DNA of 64,000 bases from the human T2T-CHM13v2.0 reference genome, Homo sapiens, in the NCBI RefSeq assembly GCF_009914755.1, contig NC_060934.1, one strand, 5' to 3'. The notes below the pieces were generated by a model. The model was not told the DNA's origin. It saw nothing but the letters and a program-made list of their open reading frames with translations, and did no database searches. Numbering within the stretch: the stretch's first letter is position 1; the number at the start of each line of letters is the position of its first letter. Made by a program: the position numbers and the translations under genes. This document shows, in pieces, positions 61,056 to 64,000 of the stretch.

Positions 61056-62818
61056 GTCAAACACCTTTTGTTTGTTACTAACAAGTATTGAATGTGTGCT
61101 CTGGAATAGGTGCTGGGGCCGAAGGCAATAGAGTCAGTCCCTGGCTACAGGGAGCTCTCAACAACAGGGGGAGGTTCTGCATACACAGACTATGTGAAAC
61201 TAACGTTCCCCAGAGCTGGGGGCTGGTTGAAGGTGAGCAGGATGAATAAGGTGGGGGGTTGGAGGGGTTAGACAGTTGGAAGACAGAGAGCCAAGGAAAG
61301 GGGTGCAAATGTCCTGAGGTTGGAAGACACGAATATGGCTCTTTACCCACAACTTTGTGCCCTTTGAACACTTTCACTCACCAACACGTGAAATTATGAT
61401 TGAAATCTATTTTCATTTTGTTGGCACTCCAAACTATACAATGAAACTAGAAGTCCCTAAAAATTGGAATCACTTATTGACTTAAAAAAGATGAATTCTC
61501 CTGGGGCCTAGCTGTATAGTTAGAGTTAGACTTCTGGTTTTTATTGATGCTGTCAATGAGGAAAACTTGTCTTTTTGTAAAGTTTCCATTCAGTTTTGCA
61601 TTATTTTCTTTGACATAAGAAGGTAAAATCTATCCAAGAAGAATATTGGCAAACTCAAATCTGTCCTTTTTCATTAGTAACACAGTTTGAATAATATATA
61701 CTTACTGATTGTTTTGTGACAGAACCACAAAAACATTATAAATGATATTTTAAAATTGTAATGAAATCACTGTCAAGTTTTTTTGGTTCAATACTTCTTG
61801 AACAGCAGGTGATAACATTCAAAATATTGATGTATGCAATTTTTTCTGGGTTCTGCCAGAATGATTAATGGTTTGGCCTTGATTTGAATTGTGAAATAAG
61901 TATAAGGCAAGATCAATTACGGGTGTACTTGGACTTCATTATCACAGAACAATCAGTAAACTCAGCTCTGTTCTCTGAATGTATATGAAGGGAGAGAGGG
62001 GGCAGAATATGAGGATGGAATGGTCTGGGCAAGTCAGCTACCTGTGCACAAGTGGTGCTTGCTGTGACAAAGTCTTCTAATTGAATCAGTATTACAACAC
62101 AAGCTCCTGGCCTTATTAGCAGTTTCATTTATTTTTCTGATTACAAAAGCATATATCCTCACTGTTAAAAATTCACATACTATGAAATGTCTGACTTGGA
62201 ATGTGAGAATTGTTTTGAATCACTGTCTTTCTCTCTCATCTCAGAGAAAACCACCATTGAGTTGGGTATTCCTGCAATTGTTTTCTGTGTTGGTACTAAC
62301 ACTCATTGATCTGTTAACAGAGAAAACATCCAGTAATACATTGTGAGCTTGATTTGTGGCTTCATCTCTCTATGCATTAAAAAAAAAAAAACAACTCAAA
62401 TGCACCTGGGCTGCCTTAGGTCAGGCTGTGCCCCTGGCTAGCAGCTGGCCTTGCCCCCAGGTCCACTGTCCTTTAGTAAGGCCTTTTTTTGGATGTTGTA
62501 GTAGGATTGATCAGGATTAACAGTTTCCTGAGCTGGAGTCATTTAAATGTGCCTTGTCTGTAAATGGAGGTAATAATAGTACCTACATCATAAAATTATG
62601 CTTGCAAGGATATGAAACTGTTTACATAAAGCACTTAGCCCAGCACCTGCTATATTGTAAACACCCAGTAAATGACAGTTTATATTCCCTTGCTAGATGT
62701 GCAAGCTCCTGAGGACAGGGTACTAGCTGTTTACCCTTCTATCTCCTGGTCAAAGATTGGCCCACCAAGGTTGTCAATAAATATCTGTTGAAGGGATGGA
62801 TTCCTTCTTGTTGCCTCC

Positions 62819-63182
62819 TGTATTAGTCCATTTTCATACTGCTATGAAGAAATACCCAATTCTGGGTAATTTATAAAGAAAAACAGGCTTAATGGACTCA
62901 TAGTTCCACATGGCTGGGGAGGCCTAACAATCATGATAGAAGGTGAAGTAGGATCAAAGGCATGTCTTACATGGCGGCAGGCAAGAGAGCGTGTGCAAGG
63001 GAACTGCCCTTTATAAAACCATCAGATCTCATGAGACTTGTTCACTATCATGAGAACAGCATGGGAAAAGCCCACCCTCATGATTCAGTTACCTCCCACC
63101 AGATCCCTCCCACGACACGTGGGGATTATGGGAGCTACAATTCAAAGTAAGATTTGGATGGGGACACAGCCAACCCATATCA
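62819..63182 (-). mobile_element. THE1 solo LTR, full length
   Basis: TGTATTAGTCC...CCATATCA; perfect 5-bp TSD CCTCC (62814-62818 / 63183-63187). Confidence 0.95.
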
Positions 63183-64000
63183 CCTCCATTGAGCTTACTG
63201 ACCAGGGGTCCATCAAGACCCCTTCAAGACCACATGTGTGCTTCACACTGGAAGAAGAATCTGGAAAGAAGAGTTGGAGGGTCAGATAAGGCAGAGCCTG
63301 CAGTAAGGCTGGGAAGCTGCCAGGCAGGTCTTGGTGTTAAAGAGGGGCCATGCCCCAGGGGCTGGGGGCAGGGTCTGTGGACAGCTGTTCCTCTGTCTCA
63401 GGTGGGCCTGACCATGCTTCTGGTCAACAGGATGGCATTTGGGAAGAAGAACTGGAGGCAATATGGGAGGACAAACTGGAACTTCCTGGCCAATAGTTCA
63501 GCCTCTCTTTTCACCTTGCCTAACCATGATAACTTCCTGAAAATAACAGCTGCTGCTCCACTTCTCCCTTTCAGATCTTGGGCAGATTTCTCCTCTGGCC
63601 AACTTTACATCAGATCCATATACACAGAAGGCATTCTAGGAAATGTCCCTGCCCAGCCAAGGTGACTCAGTCAGTGAACCACCATCTAAAACCCATTCCT
63701 GTGTCTGCTGGAATAAAACACTCAGGGCCCTTCAGTCTTTGAGCTGCTAATGAATCCCATAGCTTTTTGCTGGGACATTCAGAATAGTTTTAACCAGCCA
63801 GCTATACCAAGTTAGATCTCTTCAATCCCATGCACAGAGAGGCCTGCTGCCCAGGACAGATATGCACAGACACCCATTGTGTGGGGCCATCATCTCCCGG
63901 TCTAATGATGTTGAAGTTTATTAGCTGTTGTAGCAGGCGAGGTCTCCTAGGATTTCTCTAGTCTATAATTGGCTTTTACTGTGGTGGGTTCTGTGAGTGT

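Noticed and set aside
63189-63665. 158-aa ORF
   Set aside because: Non-ATG start, no recognisable domain, and it overlaps probable old LTR sequence

Overview
Repeat-rich primate (very likely human) intergenic or intronic DNA. Judged by eye, well over half of it is interspersed repeats: Alu, L1, L2, MIR, ERVL-MaLR (THE1/MLT1), ERVL/ERV1/ERVK LTRs and Tigger/hAT DNA transposons. No spliced protein-coding gene, tRNA, rRNA or CRISPR array is supported. The only intact gene-like unit is a very young, full-length processed retrocopy of RPL21 (42716-43294, minus strand). It has a 14-bp TSD, a poly(A) tail, the 5' TOP leader and an open 160-aa ORF that differs from my recollection of RPL21 at one residue (Q49L). 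Other large features are a near-complete Tigger1 (19331-22036), a 5'-intact but 3'-deleted old L1 (about 35551-42466), and solo LTRs with clean TSDs (LTR3-like at 32285-32750, THE1 at 62819-63182). The pattern least explained by repeat annotation is a recurrent set of local templated insertions, fold-backs and tandem duplications (near 1.9, 8.0, 9.3, 27.4, 40.3, 46.6, 47.1 and 55.8 kb). One of these creates a triple D-box/CCAAT array. I do not see a convincing new multi-gene system. Repeat subfamily names come from recognition of consensus sequences, not from a database search, and boundaries of old elements are approximate.
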